64,000 nt of DNA from Longimicrobiales bacterium (GCA_965198065.1 CBDAON010000004.1:1600001-1664000); one strand, 5' to 3'; counted from the stretch's first letter, positions 8,630-18,420 are shown. Notes: a model not told the origin generated them from the letters alone. Numbers and translations: made by a program.

Positions 8630-10044
8630 CCCTTCCCTCCGTTTCGAAGGAAGAAAGGAAGACGGCGGGAGAAATCCACGGGCATTCGCCGGCGAACTTC
8701 CGCGATGAGATCGAGATCGACGGTCTCGTGTCCCTCCCGGCGCGCGAACTCCTCCACCCGGTTCACTACGACTCCACGTACGAAGCTCGGGATCCGGTCG
8801 ATGCGGGCCTCAGCCTCGGCACTCCAGCGGAGCGTGCGCACGGCCTTCGCGCTGTAAGTCACGGCTGGCCGGGGCCGAACGACCGGCCGCCCGCCGGGCG
8901 GATCGTACGCGCAGGACTCGTCCGGGCCGAGGAGGTCGCCTGTTTCCGCGTGCGCGCGCGCCCTGCAGCCCCCGCACACCTCCCGGAACTCACAGCGACC
9001 GCACTTGCCGCCGAGCGTTCCGGCGCGAAGCGAGCGAAAGACGGGAGAGCCATCCCAGATCTCGCGGAAGGACGACTCCCTGAGATCGCCCGCGACGACC
9101 GGCGTATACGGGCACGGCGTCACCTTCCCTTCGGGCGTGATGCGGCAGTAGTGGAGGCCGCAGGGGCAGCGGGTCGCGTAATTCAGGAGCGGTGAGTCGG
9201 GATCGCCCAGGGAGACATGGCGCATCAGCTGTGGTTGGCACTTCGACCGGACCATCATCCGCCCGCGATAATCGGCCTCGAGGGTCATCAGCTCTCGAAG
9301 GACGTCTTCGTTCTCCGCCGCTGAGAGGCCCTCCATCTGCTTCCCCCGGCCCGTAGGCACGAGGAAATACACGTTGAACGAGACGGCTCCACGGTCCGCG
9401 GCCCACGCCGCGAGGCGGACCAACTCGCGCCGGTTTCCGCGGGTGAGGCTCGTCTGGATCACGAAGTCCAGCTCGTGCTCGACGAGGCGATCCACGGCGG
9501 CCAGCGTGTCCGTCAGGGCGCCCTTCCCGTGGCGGAAGCGGTCGTGGTACTCGGGGTCGAGCGAGTCCACGCTCACGGCGACGCCTGTCACTCCGGCTGC
9601 CTTGAGCGACCCGATCCGCGCGGACGTCAGCCGGGTGCCGTTCGTGCCGACCACCACGGTGGCCCCCCGCTCCGCCGCGTGCTCGGCGACCTCCTCCAGA
9701 TCCTCGCGGAGGAGCGGCTCTCCCCCCGACAGGATCAGCATGGGGCTCGGGTTCACCTCGAGGAGCTCGTCCAGGACTCGGTGACACTCGTCCGTCGACA
9801 GCTCGCCGTCCGCCGCGTGCCAGGAACCGGCCGAGATGTAGCAGTGGGCGCACGCGAGGTTACAACGCTTAGTGAGGTTCCACGCCACCACGTGTGGAAG
9901 GAACGTCTCCGCTTCCGAGCCGAGCGAGGCGAAGCGCTCGGCAAGGGCCCGGCGGCCCCACGGAGCCGGCCGGGGCGTCAGGAGGGCGCCGAGCCCCTCA
10001 CCGGAGCCCGCCGGTAGAGAGGTTCGATCGAGGGAAGAGCTCAC
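8626..10044 (-). CDS. Radical SAM/SPASM protein of the AhbC/AhbD/NirJ group with C-terminal PCP_red domain
   Basis: CNLACAHC, SGGEPLLR, SPASM cysteines CPCG...PCPY...CGRCEFREVCGGC...C, tail WSAEAEARIDRIPSFVRG. GTG 10044 overlaps the upstream TGA. Confidence 0.9.
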   Translation of the reverse strand: MSSSLDRTSLPAGSGEGLGALLTPRPAPWGRRALAERFASLGSEAETFLPHVVAWNLTKRCNLACAHCYISAGSWHAADGELSTDECHRVLDELLEVNPSPMLILSGGEPLLREDLEEVAEHAAERGATVVVGTNGTRLTSARIGSLKAAGVTGVAVSVDSLDPEYHDRFRHGKGALTDTLAAVDRLVEHELDFVIQTSLTRGNRRELVRLAAWAADRGAVSFNVYFLVPTGRGKQMEGLSAAENEDVLRELMTLEADYRGRMMVRSKCQPQLMRHVSLGDPDSPLLNYATRCPCGLHYCRITPEGKVTPCPYTPVVAGDLRESSFREIWDGSPVFRSLRAGTLGGKCGRCEFREVCGGCRARAHAETGDLLGPDESCAYDPPGGRPVVRPRPAVTYSAKAVRTLRWSAEAEARIDRIPSFVRGVVVNRVEEFARREGHETVDLDLIAEVRRRMPVDFSRRLPFFLRNGGKG

Positions 10045-12071
10045 TCGTCGGCGTCCTCCGCCCCCGACATGAACCGTTCGACCGCGGCACGGGCGTCCTC
10101 CGGGGAGACCATCTTCAGGTCCACCGGGCACTTCTCGACCTGCTTCTCCACGTCCCGGATAGGGCAGCGGGTGATCCCCTGCGCCTTCGCCTCCTCGATG
10201 AACTTTCTCATCTCGGGGGTGAGCCCGTCCACGCCCTCGGCTGCCGCCCTGATCTGCTTGGTCTGGAGCTCACGGAACATCACGAGCATGGTGTCCATAT
10301 CGAACTCGTCGGCCTCGATCATGGCCTGTTTGTTCTCATCCATGATCGGGGTCGTGACCTGCCACACCGCGTGCTCCTTCGCGAAGCGCTCCACCGTGTT
10401 TCGAGCGAGAGGGCGGGCGACGAGCGGGACGGCGCGGAGCCGCTCGAACGCCTCCTCCGTCCAGACGATCGGGTCGTGGGCGTTCCGCTCGCGGGTCTGG
10501 AGGTGTCCCGTGTAGGGGCACGTCACCTCGATCGTGGGAGCTTCCGGTACCGGGTCCGCGTCGCTCCCCTGGACCACCGTGCGCCGCATCGCCTCCTCGG
10601 CCTTCACCTCGGCCAGCGCCAGTTCTTCGGCCGTCCCGATTCCCATGATGAGCTGCATGTGGGTGGGGAGGAGCTTCTGGATCGCTTCGTCAAGCCGCTC
10701 ACCCGTAACGGTCGGAAGCAGATCCATCGCGTGCGCCCCGTTCCCGTCCGAGCGGGCCGTCCGGCCCCCGTAATTCTCGAGGACGAACTCCTCCACCGCT
10801 TTTCGCGCGATGCCCAGCGCAAACGGCGGCACCCTCAGGATCCGGACTTCGGCGTCGGGCGCCCACTCGAGCCCCTTCTCGCCGTCCTCCTCGATCCACG
10901 GGATGTCGTCGGGGCGCACGTCGGTCGTCCCGACCAGCAGAACGTTCGTGGGCGCGAGCCGGCAGAGGTTTTCGGCCTGCGAGCCCATGTCCGTGCCCTC
11001 CACGCGGTGGCCGCCGTGACGGGCGACGATCAGGAGCGAGGGGTCGATCTCCTCAGCCCACTGCAAGATGCACTGGAAGGGCTTTCCGATGAGGATCTGG
11101 GTCTCCAGCTCCACGTCTGGGAACTCGCTCGCCATGATCTCGGCGCGCTTCAGGTTTGCCTGGCAGAGCTTCAGGAGCCCCTTGTCGATTATGTTGTTGT
11201 GGAGCTCCTCCTGCTCCTCGAACTTGAAGACCTTCGCGGCCTGCGCGGAGAGGACGTCCTTGATGTTGCCGAAGACGACGTGGTGATACTCCACGTCGAA
11301 GGCAGAGCAGGCGTACAGCTTTGCGCCGAACTCCCGGGCCAGCTCGAGCGCGACCCGCATCGCCTTGTAGGAATAGGACGACCCGTCCACGCAGATCATC
11401 CAGCGACCCCCCTCGAGCGGGCGGTCATTCCGGACGATCAGCGTGTCCTTCTCGACCCTCCGGATCACGCGCGAGACCACGCCGCCTAGCTGGGAGAAGG
11501 GCTGTCGCCCGATCCCGTGGGCTCCGATGCAGACGAGGTCGTAACGCCGGCCGCTCTCCCCAGCGAGCTTCTCGTCCTGGGATTCGTCCTCCGCCACGAT
11601 GCGGCCGTCCTCGTCGAGCCGGACGTCGCTTCGCACGGTTGAGCCCCCGTCGTACTTGTCCGCGATGTTGGGGTCGAAGCCGATGAGGCTCGGAAGCCGG
11701 CCCGCGCCTCGATCGGCCTCGCGGATGATCTCCTCGAAGTTGATCCCCTCGAGTAGCTGACGGGTGAGGGGAACGCCGGACTCCTGGCAGTACCGCTCGG
11801 TCTGATCCAGGAAAGAGTCCGAGATGAGCTGGAGGCCCTTCTCGATCAGCTTGTCGTGGACCTTTCTCTGCCGCTTGATCTCTTCGGGAGTCTGAAACTG
11901 CGCGGGGAGGCCGGTTTCGAGCTGCCGGAACCGAACGTCGTGGAGACGGGCGGCGTAGACGTGGTTCCCGGTGATACGGCCCTCGGATCTCTTGGTGATC
12001 TCGACGGCTCTCTGTACGGCCCACTGAGAATGGGACGAGTTATCGACCGGAACGAAGATCTCGCGGTACAT
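10041..12071 (-). CDS. Tandem universal stress protein (2x USP) fused to two PCP_red-like domains
   Basis: MYREIFVPVDNS and ICVDGS USP starts, GAHGIG...LGGVV and ARHG...MGSQAE USP ends, then WAPDAEVRILRVPPF and WTEEAFERLRAVPLV. ATG 12071 with AGAGG RBS. Confidence 0.85.
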   Translation of the reverse strand: MYREIFVPVDNSSHSQWAVQRAVEITKRSEGRITGNHVYAARLHDVRFRQLETGLPAQFQTPEEIKRQRKVHDKLIEKGLQLISDSFLDQTERYCQESGVPLTRQLLEGINFEEIIREADRGAGRLPSLIGFDPNIADKYDGGSTVRSDVRLDEDGRIVAEDESQDEKLAGESGRRYDLVCIGAHGIGRQPFSQLGGVVSRVIRRVEKDTLIVRNDRPLEGGRWMICVDGSSYSYKAMRVALELAREFGAKLYACSAFDVEYHHVVFGNIKDVLSAQAAKVFKFEEQEELHNNIIDKGLLKLCQANLKRAEIMASEFPDVELETQILIGKPFQCILQWAEEIDPSLLIVARHGGHRVEGTDMGSQAENLCRLAPTNVLLVGTTDVRPDDIPWIEEDGEKGLEWAPDAEVRILRVPPFALGIARKAVEEFVLENYGGRTARSDGNGAHAMDLLPTVTGERLDEAIQKLLPTHMQLIMGIGTAEELALAEVKAEEAMRRTVVQGSDADPVPEAPTIEVTCPYTGHLQTRERNAHDPIVWTEEAFERLRAVPLVARPLARNTVERFAKEHAVWQVTTPIMDENKQAMIEADEFDMDTMLVMFRELQTKQIRAAAEGVDGLTPEMRKFIEEAKAQGITRCPIRDVEKQVEKCPVDLKMVSPEDARAAVERFMSGAEDADE

Positions 12072-12384
12072 TACGAACCTCTGACTCGGAGCCGCAGTTT
12101 CCTTCGTTCCCCCGGTCACACCACCACCAGTGATCCCACTCCGCGGATCGGTCGGGTCTATGGCCCGCACTCGCCACCGGCTCTCCGTCGGGGAGCCAAC
12201 CCACGAGCCCTTCGGGGCCGCGCTCTGGGACGGCTCACTTGTACGAGATTCTCTGCGAAACCGAGACCGATAGCGGGAGGACCCGGTCAGGCACAGTCGG
12301 ACACGGGAGCCGAACCCCGACTGCGCCCGAGGATAGCCCGTCCGTTCGGACGATCCGCGCCCTCCAAGACCGCACCGCGTGGCC

Positions 12385-12413
12385 AGTATATCTGGCCCCT
12401 ATATGGCTGTCAA
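12385..12413 (-). promoter_or_regulatory. Near-consensus sigma70 promoter for the USP-rSAM-oxidase operon
   Basis: Minus strand TTGACA (12413-12408), 17-nt spacer, TATACT (12390-12385). Overlapped by the inverted repeat GGCCAG-N5-CTGGCC (12381-12397). Confidence 0.75.
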
Positions 12414-12450
12414 CTCGCTTTCGTGACGCATCCGTGCGGGGAGTGAAACG

Positions 12451-13170
12451 CTATCGGAGAGCAGCGCTGATCCGTTTGAGGAGGGCGCTCGACAGGGCCG
12501 TCGAAGCCAGGAGAAAGAAGACCAGAACCGCTGCGGCCGGTAGCATGTCCCAGCCCCCCGGGGGTGCAACCCCCTGCGCTCCCGCCAGGAAGACCTCGTG
12601 AAGGGGACGGTAGGGAAGAATCATCTCGATCCGGGCCCCGAGGCTGCCTGGAGCCGGCGTTCGGAAGACTCCGGATCCGTGGAGCAGGAAGAGGGAGAGG
12701 ACCGCGGCGAGAAGGGCGCCCTCGGCCATCGAGGCCGCGAAGGCCGCGACCCAGAGCCCGACGAGGTTTGCGGTGAGGAGGGCGAGGAACAGGGCCGGGA
12801 CGACGGCCGTCCATACCGTGACCCCGGCGCGGCCCGCTCCGAGTACGAGCGCCATGGCCGGGAGGAGCTGGAGGAGATCGAGGGCGGTTCCCGCCATCAT
12901 GCGCTCGACCACGAACCTCGGCTCCGGGAAGCCGCTTAGGATGATTCTCCGAAGTGGTCCACCGTCGGCCTCCCGGAGGAGCGGGATCGTGGAACCGAAC
13001 GTTCCAAAGAGGACGAAGAGCACCGCGTAGGTCGCGGACGCGTGGTACGCCGGCGCGCCCCCGAGCGCGAGCGGCGCGACGAGTAGCACGGGCGTCGCGA
13101 CGTTGAACGCCATGAGGCGCCTGCGCCGGAGCGCGATCCGCCACTCGACCGCGAAGACGTCGAGGCTCAC
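12451..13170 (-). CDS. ABC-2 type exporter permease
   Basis: About 6 hydrophobic segments and an EADGGPLRRIILSG loop. GTGA-coupled to the upstream ABC ATPase. Confidence 0.8.
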   Translation of the reverse strand: MSLDVFAVEWRIALRRRRLMAFNVATPVLLVAPLALGGAPAYHASATYAVLFVLFGTFGSTIPLLREADGGPLRRIILSGFPEPRFVVERMMAGTALDLLQLLPAMALVLGAGRAGVTVWTAVVPALFLALLTANLVGLWVAAFAASMAEGALLAAVLSLFLLHGSGVFRTPAPGSLGARIEMILPYRPLHEVFLAGAQGVAPPGGWDMLPAAAVLVFFLLASTALSSALLKRISAALR

Positions 13171-14201
13171 GGCCGTTCCGGAGACGGGAGATCGGCCGAG
13201 AGCTCGAGCGGCTCTCCCGTGACAGCGTGGAACAGGTCGCCCAGCTCGGGCTCGCGAACCCGGACCCGCGTGATCGAGACGCCCTTTGCGAGAAGCCGGG
13301 TAAGGAGCTCGGGGAGCGGAGTGGATCCGCGGGTGCTCTGAACGACGATGGCCTCCCCTCGGCCATCCGACGACACCGCCCGCCGGACCGACTCCGCCCC
13401 CGGCACCGTCTCCAGCTCCCAGGTCGAGCCTGTGCGCTCACGGTCGTGGTCCGGCCGGAGGGTGCCGACGAGCTCGATCTCGATCGTGGTCTTCCCATCG
13501 AGTCGATCGAGGAGCTCGGCGAGCGGGGCGTCGATCGCGATCGATCCCCGATGGAGGAAGAGGATGCGATGAGCCCACCGGGAGGCTGCCCGGGTATCGT
13601 TCGTCGCAATCACGGCGGCGCCTCCGGCGGCTGCGCGCTCGCGGACGGCTTCCTCGAGCGCACGGGTCCCCGCGGGGTCGAGCCCGACCGTGGGTTCGTC
13701 CAGGAGCAGGAGAGGGGGTCGGAAGGCCAGGGTCTCCACGAGAAGGAGCTTCCGCCGCATCCCGAACGAGAGCTCGCTCACGGGCACGTCTCCGACCTCC
13801 TCCAGGCCGAAGGCCGCGAAGAGCTCCGAGACGCAGGCCCCTCCACGGCCATCCCGGCCGCCCCGGAGCCCCGTGAAGAAGCGGACGCTCTCGCGCGCCG
13901 TGAGGTGTGCGAAATGGCGGGGGCTGTCGGGTGCGTACCCAATCCCGGGTCGGAGCCGGCGAACGGACCCGCGGACGCGCTTGCTCAGGAGCGAAAGCGA
14001 GCCCACGGTCGGGCGGAGATCGGTCGCCAGGAGCCTGAGCAGCGTGCTCTTTCCGGAGCCGTTCGGGCCGATGGCCGTCACGATCTCACCCGGACCCACG
14101 GAGAAGCTCACGGGACCGAGACCGGTCCGCCCCGACCGGTACCGGTATCCCATCCCCTCCGCGAGGATCAGAGGTCCCAGCCGGCCCGTGCCAGCATCCA
14201 C
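13167..14201 (-). CDS. ABC transporter ATP-binding protein
   Basis: Walker A GPNGSGKS, signature LSFGMRRK, Walker B LLLLDEPT. Start uncertain (GTG 14201). Confidence 0.9.
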   Translation of the reverse strand: MDAGTGRLGPLILAEGMGYRYRSGRTGLGPVSFSVGPGEIVTAIGPNGSGKSTLLRLLATDLRPTVGSLSLLSKRVRGSVRRLRPGIGYAPDSPRHFAHLTARESVRFFTGLRGGRDGRGGACVSELFAAFGLEEVGDVPVSELSFGMRRKLLLVETLAFRPPLLLLDEPTVGLDPAGTRALEEAVRERAAAGGAAVIATNDTRAASRWAHRILFLHRGSIAIDAPLAELLDRLDGKTTIEIELVGTLRPDHDRERTGSTWELETVPGAESVRRAVSSDGRGEAIVVQSTRGSTPLPELLTRLLAKGVSITRVRVREPELGDLFHAVTGEPLELSADLPSPERP

Positions 14202-14584
14202 AGGTTTCCGACCACGATGACCATCGCGGTGACATAGAAAGAGGACGGAAGCTCCGAGCCGGGGAGTGGGAAGAACGCCCCCTGGATGAGGGCGGGGAGG
14301 CGAAGCCCGTGAAGGGCCCAGATGACCCTCGCCAGCCACGGGTTCTGCCAGCTCCAGAGCCCCCACGTCACGCTGGCGAGGATCGCCGTGCCGAGGAGGA
14401 GCCAGAGCCACACCGGTCCGCGCTCCGCCGGGAGGACTCCAGCCCGAGACATGGCCCAGACCGAGAAGAGATAGAGGAGGCCTACGTGCAGGTAGACCAT
14501 CGCGGCCTGCCGGAACTTCCGGCTCCGTGAGGCGGCCTCGGGGGTCCCCTCGAGCCCGGGCACCGAGGCGTCGGGAGTCATCAC
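14168..14584 (-). CDS. Small integral membrane protein (about 4 TM), unknown function
   Basis: Hydrophobic segments after RKFRQAA. Start GTG 14584 or ATG 14581, coupled to the upstream stop. Confidence 0.7.
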   Translation of the reverse strand: MMTPDASVPGLEGTPEAASRSRKFRQAAMVYLHVGLLYLFSVWAMSRAGVLPAERGPVWLWLLLGTAILASVTWGLWSWQNPWLARVIWALHGLRLPALIQGAFFPLPGSELPSSFYVTAMVIVVGNLWMLARAGWDL

Positions 14585-15027
14585 ATGCCTTCGAGCCCGA
14601 GCTCCGACCTGGCCGTGTCCATGACCTCGGGGGTCAGAACGCGGATGTCCCGCTCCCGCGCGTAATCCGTGTAGATGCGCTTCACCATCCCGCGAACGAA
14701 ACCGGGAACGCGCTGGAGACGCTCGACCGCTTCGGGGCTCCACTCCACGGGTCCCGGCCCACCTCCTGCCTCGGGCGGCTGAAACGCCGACTCGCTTCCC
14801 GCCTCGAGCGTGCTGCGCGTGACCTCGAGCGGTTGAGCGGGCACCTCGCGTCCCCCGATTCTCACTCCCATCGAGCTCACGAGCTGCGTTTCCATGGGGT
14901 TCGTGAGGAGCGCCATCTCGCGCCGACACTTGCCGCACGAGAAGACCGCCGCGAGCGTGCCGTCGCCCGGGATCTGGCGCTCGACGAACTCCATGACCTG
15001 ATCGCACTCGACGCAGAGGAACTTCAT
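14581..15027 (-). CDS. Zinc-ribbon-like Cys4 domain plus PCP_red domain protein
   Basis: MKFLCVECD...FSCGKC, then WSPEAVERLQRVPGFVRGMVKR. ATGA overlap with the Mrp stop. Confidence 0.8.
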   Translation of the reverse strand: MKFLCVECDQVMEFVERQIPGDGTLAAVFSCGKCRREMALLTNPMETQLVSSMGVRIGGREVPAQPLEVTRSTLEAGSESAFQPPEAGGGPGPVEWSPEAVERLQRVPGFVRGMVKRIYTDYARERDIRVLTPEVMDTARSELGLEGM

Positions 15028-15968
15028 GGGACCTCTTTCGGCTTCGACGAGCGACCTTCCCCGGACGCGCTCGACGGGCGGCTCGCGCCGGCCTGCTCGA
15101 CGCGCTCTGCAAGCGCGCGGAAGGCTCTGCCCACGGTCCCATCGGGGACCTCGAGGACAATGGGTTGCCCCCGGTCCGTGCTCTCGGCCAGGCGGGGGTC
15201 GAAGGGGATTTGCCCCCACACGGCCACCCCGCTCTCCGAGGAGAGGCGCTCAATCCCGTCACCCCGGAAGATCGGCTCCGATCGACCGCAACCGGGACAG
15301 ACGTACTCGGTCATGTTGGCTACGAGCCCGATCTGGGGCACGCCAGCCTCGCGGATCAGACGGATGGACCGCGAAACGACGGCGCGGGACATCTCCGAGG
15401 GTGTCGAAACCACGAGGACCGTCGGCAGATCGGGCACGAGCTCCAGGAGCCTCCGGATCTTGTCTGTTCCGGGCGGGACGTCCACTAGGAGGAAGTCTGG
15501 GGATCCCCACGCCACGTCGCCGAGAAACTCGCGGAGGGCCGTCGCCTCCATGCTGCTCTGCCAGAGGAAGGTATCGGAGGCGGGCTCCTTCCATCTGAGC
15601 GGTGCGTCCTGGGCATCCTGGAGGAGCTCCATCGAGATGACGCGCACACCTCCGGCTCCGGAGACGGGGACGACCCCCCCCTCGCCGTCCTCTAGGCTTC
15701 GGCCGGTAACCCCGAGCATCCTCGCGAGGGACGGTCCGTTCAGGTCGGCGTCCACCACACCCACATGCTGACCGCGGGCCGCGAGCGTCGCGGCGAGGTT
15801 GGCGGTGACGGCGCTCTTCCCGACTCCCCCCTTCCCGCTTGCGACGGCCAGGACCATACCGACGCCGGACAGGCGCTCTGCGAGCCGAGCTCTTTGTTCC
15901 AGGACTTGCTCCAGGAGCTCGGACCCCGTGCCGTGGTCTACCTCGTGATAGGTTCGGAACTTTCTCAC
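15024..15968 (-). CDS. mrp: Mrp/ApbC/NBP35 Fe-S cluster carrier ATPase
   Basis: SGKGGVGKS deviant Walker A, DADLNGPS, DVPPGT, NMTEYVCPGC, IPFDP. Confidence 0.9.
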   Translation of the reverse strand: MRKFRTYHEVDHGTGSELLEQVLEQRARLAERLSGVGMVLAVASGKGGVGKSAVTANLAATLAARGQHVGVVDADLNGPSLARMLGVTGRSLEDGEGGVVPVSGAGGVRVISMELLQDAQDAPLRWKEPASDTFLWQSSMEATALREFLGDVAWGSPDFLLVDVPPGTDKIRRLLELVPDLPTVLVVSTPSEMSRAVVSRSIRLIREAGVPQIGLVANMTEYVCPGCGRSEPIFRGDGIERLSSESGVAVWGQIPFDPRLAESTDRGQPIVLEVPDGTVGRAFRALAERVEQAGASRPSSASGEGRSSKPKEVP

Positions 15969-16216
15969 GGAACAATCTGTTTCCCGTCGGGGTCATGTAC
16001 TTGGATGGCGTCCACCGGGCAACTTCGGCACGCCGCGACGAGTTCGGCGTGCTCGACGGCAGAAGCCCCTGGGCGCAGCACCGCGATTCCTTCTCCATCG
16101 AGCTCGAAGGCCTCCGGGCTCGCCTTGATGCAATCCCCGAACCCAACGCAAATGAGCCGGTCGATACGAATCGTGAGCTCGCCGATCCGCTTCTGCTCGA
16201 AATGGGCCAAGATCAC
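15965..16216 (-). CDS. Single-cluster ferredoxin, probably [3Fe-4S]
   Basis: CVGFGDC...CRSCPVDAI, with the second cluster Cys position occupied by Phe. GTG 16216 behind AGGAG. Confidence 0.85.
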   Translation of the reverse strand: MILAHFEQKRIGELTIRIDRLICVGFGDCIKASPEAFELDGEGIAVLRPGASAVEHAELVAACRSCPVDAIQVHDPDGKQIVP

Positions 16217-16306
16217 GTTACTCCTGGCGGAGCGCCCGACATTTGGGCAACTTTTAGGAAGCTGTCGTCTGTTTCCGCCCCACGGCAAGGGGAGGCGTTC
16301 TTGAGC

Positions 16307-17101
16307 ATGTCCGTTTGGGGTCCGGCGCTCGCCCTCGCCCTGGTGGCGTCCGCCGGGCTGGTATGGGCTCCCGGGTCCGCGCACGCCCAGGACGAGGCCG
16401 AGGAGGCCGAGGACCTCTGGGCAATCGAGGCCGAGCTGGGGGGAACCCTGTTCTTCGGGAACAAGGTGCAGTCGCAGTTCACGTCCAAGACTGAGATCGA
16501 AGGTGTCCTTGCGCGGGCCGAGGTGGGCACCGAGATCGAGTTCACCTACGGCGTTGCGGAGGATAAAAAGTCGGGGGAGACGACCGTCAGCCGTCGCAAC
16601 TGGAACGTCGACAACACGCTCGACTTCAGGCCGGAAGCCCTCTGGCGGCCGTTCCTGTCGGGGGCGGTCCAGTCGAATTACCAGAAGAAGATCGCATTCC
16701 GTTACCAGGCGGGCGTGGGGCTCAAGTACGATCGCCAGGAGAACCGGAACAACCGGATCGAGTTTTCAATCGCCGTCCTCGGCGAGAAGACAGACGCACG
16801 CCCGTCGAGCAAGCCGGTCGACGAGGGGAGCCGCGCGCGCTGGTCGTCCACCGCACGCATCCGAAAGACCTTCTTCGAGGACGATCGGCTCGGGATCGAT
16901 CTTAAGGGGGAGTACCAGCCGGTCTTCGACGACGCCGGGAACTACACCTGGGAAGCCGACGCTTCCGTCACGTTCAACCTCACAGAGATCGTCGGGCTGC
17001 GGATGAGCACGAAGCTGGAGTACGATTCACGAGCCGTGGCAAGGGGGGCGAAGACGAACCAGGACGGGAAGTCCCAGATGTCGGTCGTAGTGGAGCTCTG
17101 A
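16307..17101 (+). CDS. Outer-membrane beta-barrel protein, DUF481-like
   Basis: Signal peptide (AHA-Q), ELGGTLFFGN, alternating beta-strand pattern, terminal SVVVEL. GGAGG RBS. Confidence 0.7.
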   Translation: MSVWGPALALALVASAGLVWAPGSAHAQDEAEEAEDLWAIEAELGGTLFFGNKVQSQFTSKTEIEGVLARAEVGTEIEFTYGVAEDKKSGETTVSRRNWNVDNTLDFRPEALWRPFLSGAVQSNYQKKIAFRYQAGVGLKYDRQENRNNRIEFSIAVLGEKTDARPSSKPVDEGSRARWSSTARIRKTFFEDDRLGIDLKGEYQPVFDDAGNYTWEADASVTFNLTEIVGLRMSTKLEYDSRAVARGAKTNQDGKSQMSVVVEL

Positions 17102-17130
17102 TCGGCGGCAGCCGTCGCCGAGGTCACCCC

Positions 17131-18420
17131 TCACCCGGCGCGCCGCCGCTTCCCCCTCAGGAAGTCCATCATCACGTACTGCCCCAGCGTGAGCGTGGAG
17201 GCGAAGTACGCCTTTCCCCGACCGATCTGGCTCACCCGCTCGACGAAGCGGACCAGATACGGGTCGCGGGCGAGCATGAAGGTGTTGATCGAGATGCCCG
17301 CCTTCCGGCAGGCAAGCACCTCACGGTAGCTGCGACGCAGGATCGCTGGATCAAGCCCTCCCGAGTTCGTATAGATGCGCCCGTCGGGGAGCGTCATGGC
17401 TGACGGCTTCCCGTCCGTGATCATGACGATCTGTCGCATTTCCTTCTTCTGGGAGAGGAGGGTCCTTCGCGCGAGCTCAAGCCCTTCGGCCGTGTTCGTG
17501 TGGTAGGGCCCGACCTGGGCCTTCGCGAGCCGGGAGAGAGGAATCTCCTGCGCGCGGTCCCCGAACGTGATCACCCGAAGCGAGTCCCCCGGGAACTGGG
17601 TTCGGATCAGGTGGGAGAGCGCTAGCGCGACCCGCTTCGCGGGCGAGAAGCGGTCCTCTCCGTAGAGGATCATCGAGTGCGAGACGTCCAGCAGGAGCAC
17701 CGTGGCGCAGGAGGATCGGTACTCCGCCTGGTGGACCATGAGGTCCCCATAGTCGAGTGCAAGGGGGACGCCGGGTCCCTCCCGTTGGATCGCGCGTTGA
17801 AGCGTGGCGGGGATGTCGAGGTTCATCGTGTCCCCGAACTCATAAGGGCGGCTAGCGGCCCCCGATTCGACGCCGGTCGCAAGCTGGGGCGTGTCGTGCG
17901 CGCCCATGGAGGATTGACCGGTCGCGGCCATCAGTTCCCGGAGCGCCCGGTACCCGAGGAAGTCGAGTCCCTTTCGCGTGAGTGAGAAGTCCACGCCGAG
18001 CGCTGCTCGCCTCGCCTCGTCGATGTTCCCTTCGCCCGCTGGCTGACCTCCCGGGGGGACCAGGCTATCGGCAGAATCCGTGGAGATGTACCCCTCCTCC
18101 ACGAGCCGCTGAACCAGGTCGTCGAGCAGCTCCACGATGCTCGCCCGCAGCGCGTCGTCCCCCTCCCCCTCCCCCCGCAGCTCCTCCAGCATCTCCTGCG
18201 TGAGCTGCCCGCTCTCGAACAGGGCCCGGAGGAGCGCTTGCTTCAGCGCTTCGGTGGACGAGTGGTCCTGGTCTCCGGACCACCCCCAGAACCGGTGGAA
18301 GTGAGGTCCACCCGCGAACCCACCGTCCAGGAGAAAGTCCGAAAGCCGATCGAGCAGCGCCTCGAGGTTCAGAGCGTCGAGGAAGCTGCCCCGGTACTTC
18401 ATATAGGTGGTGAAGCGCAT
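17131..18420 (-). CDS. von Willebrand factor A domain protein (partner of chelatase-like AAA ATPase)
   Basis: [25 protein letters not shown]. Start ATG 18420 (MRFTTY). Confidence 0.85.
   Translation of the reverse strand: MRFTTYMKYRGSFLDALNLEALLDRLSDFLLDGGFAGGPHFHRFWGWSGDQDHSSTEALKQALLRALFESGQLTQEMLEELRGEGEGDDALRASIVELLDDLVQRLVEEGYISTDSADSLVPPGGQPAGEGNIDEARRAALGVDFSLTRKGLDFLGYRALRELMAATGQSSMGAHDTPQLATGVESGAASRPYEFGDTMNLDIPATLQRAIQREGPGVPLALDYGDLMVHQAEYRSSCATVLLLDVSHSMILYGEDRFSPAKRVALALSHLIRTQFPGDSLRVITFGDRAQEIPLSRLAKAQVGPYHTNTAEGLELARRTLLSQKKEMRQIVMITDGKPSAMTLPDGRIYTNSGGLDPAILRRSYREVLACRKAGISINTFMLARDPYLVRFVERVSQIGRGKAYFASTLTLGQYVMMDFLRGKRRRAG

Noticed and set aside
2867..8857. Long plus-strand ORFs (2867-5173, 6806-8857) and similar antisense ORFs across the window
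   Set aside because: Shadow frames of well-supported opposite-strand genes in high-GC DNA. They are Arg/Gly/Pro-rich with no motifs.
8626..15027. Photosynthesis (bchB/chlB) inferred from PCP_red domains
   Set aside because: Only the small C-terminal domain is present. There are no nitrogenase-like BchN/BchB/BchL cores or other bch/puf genes.
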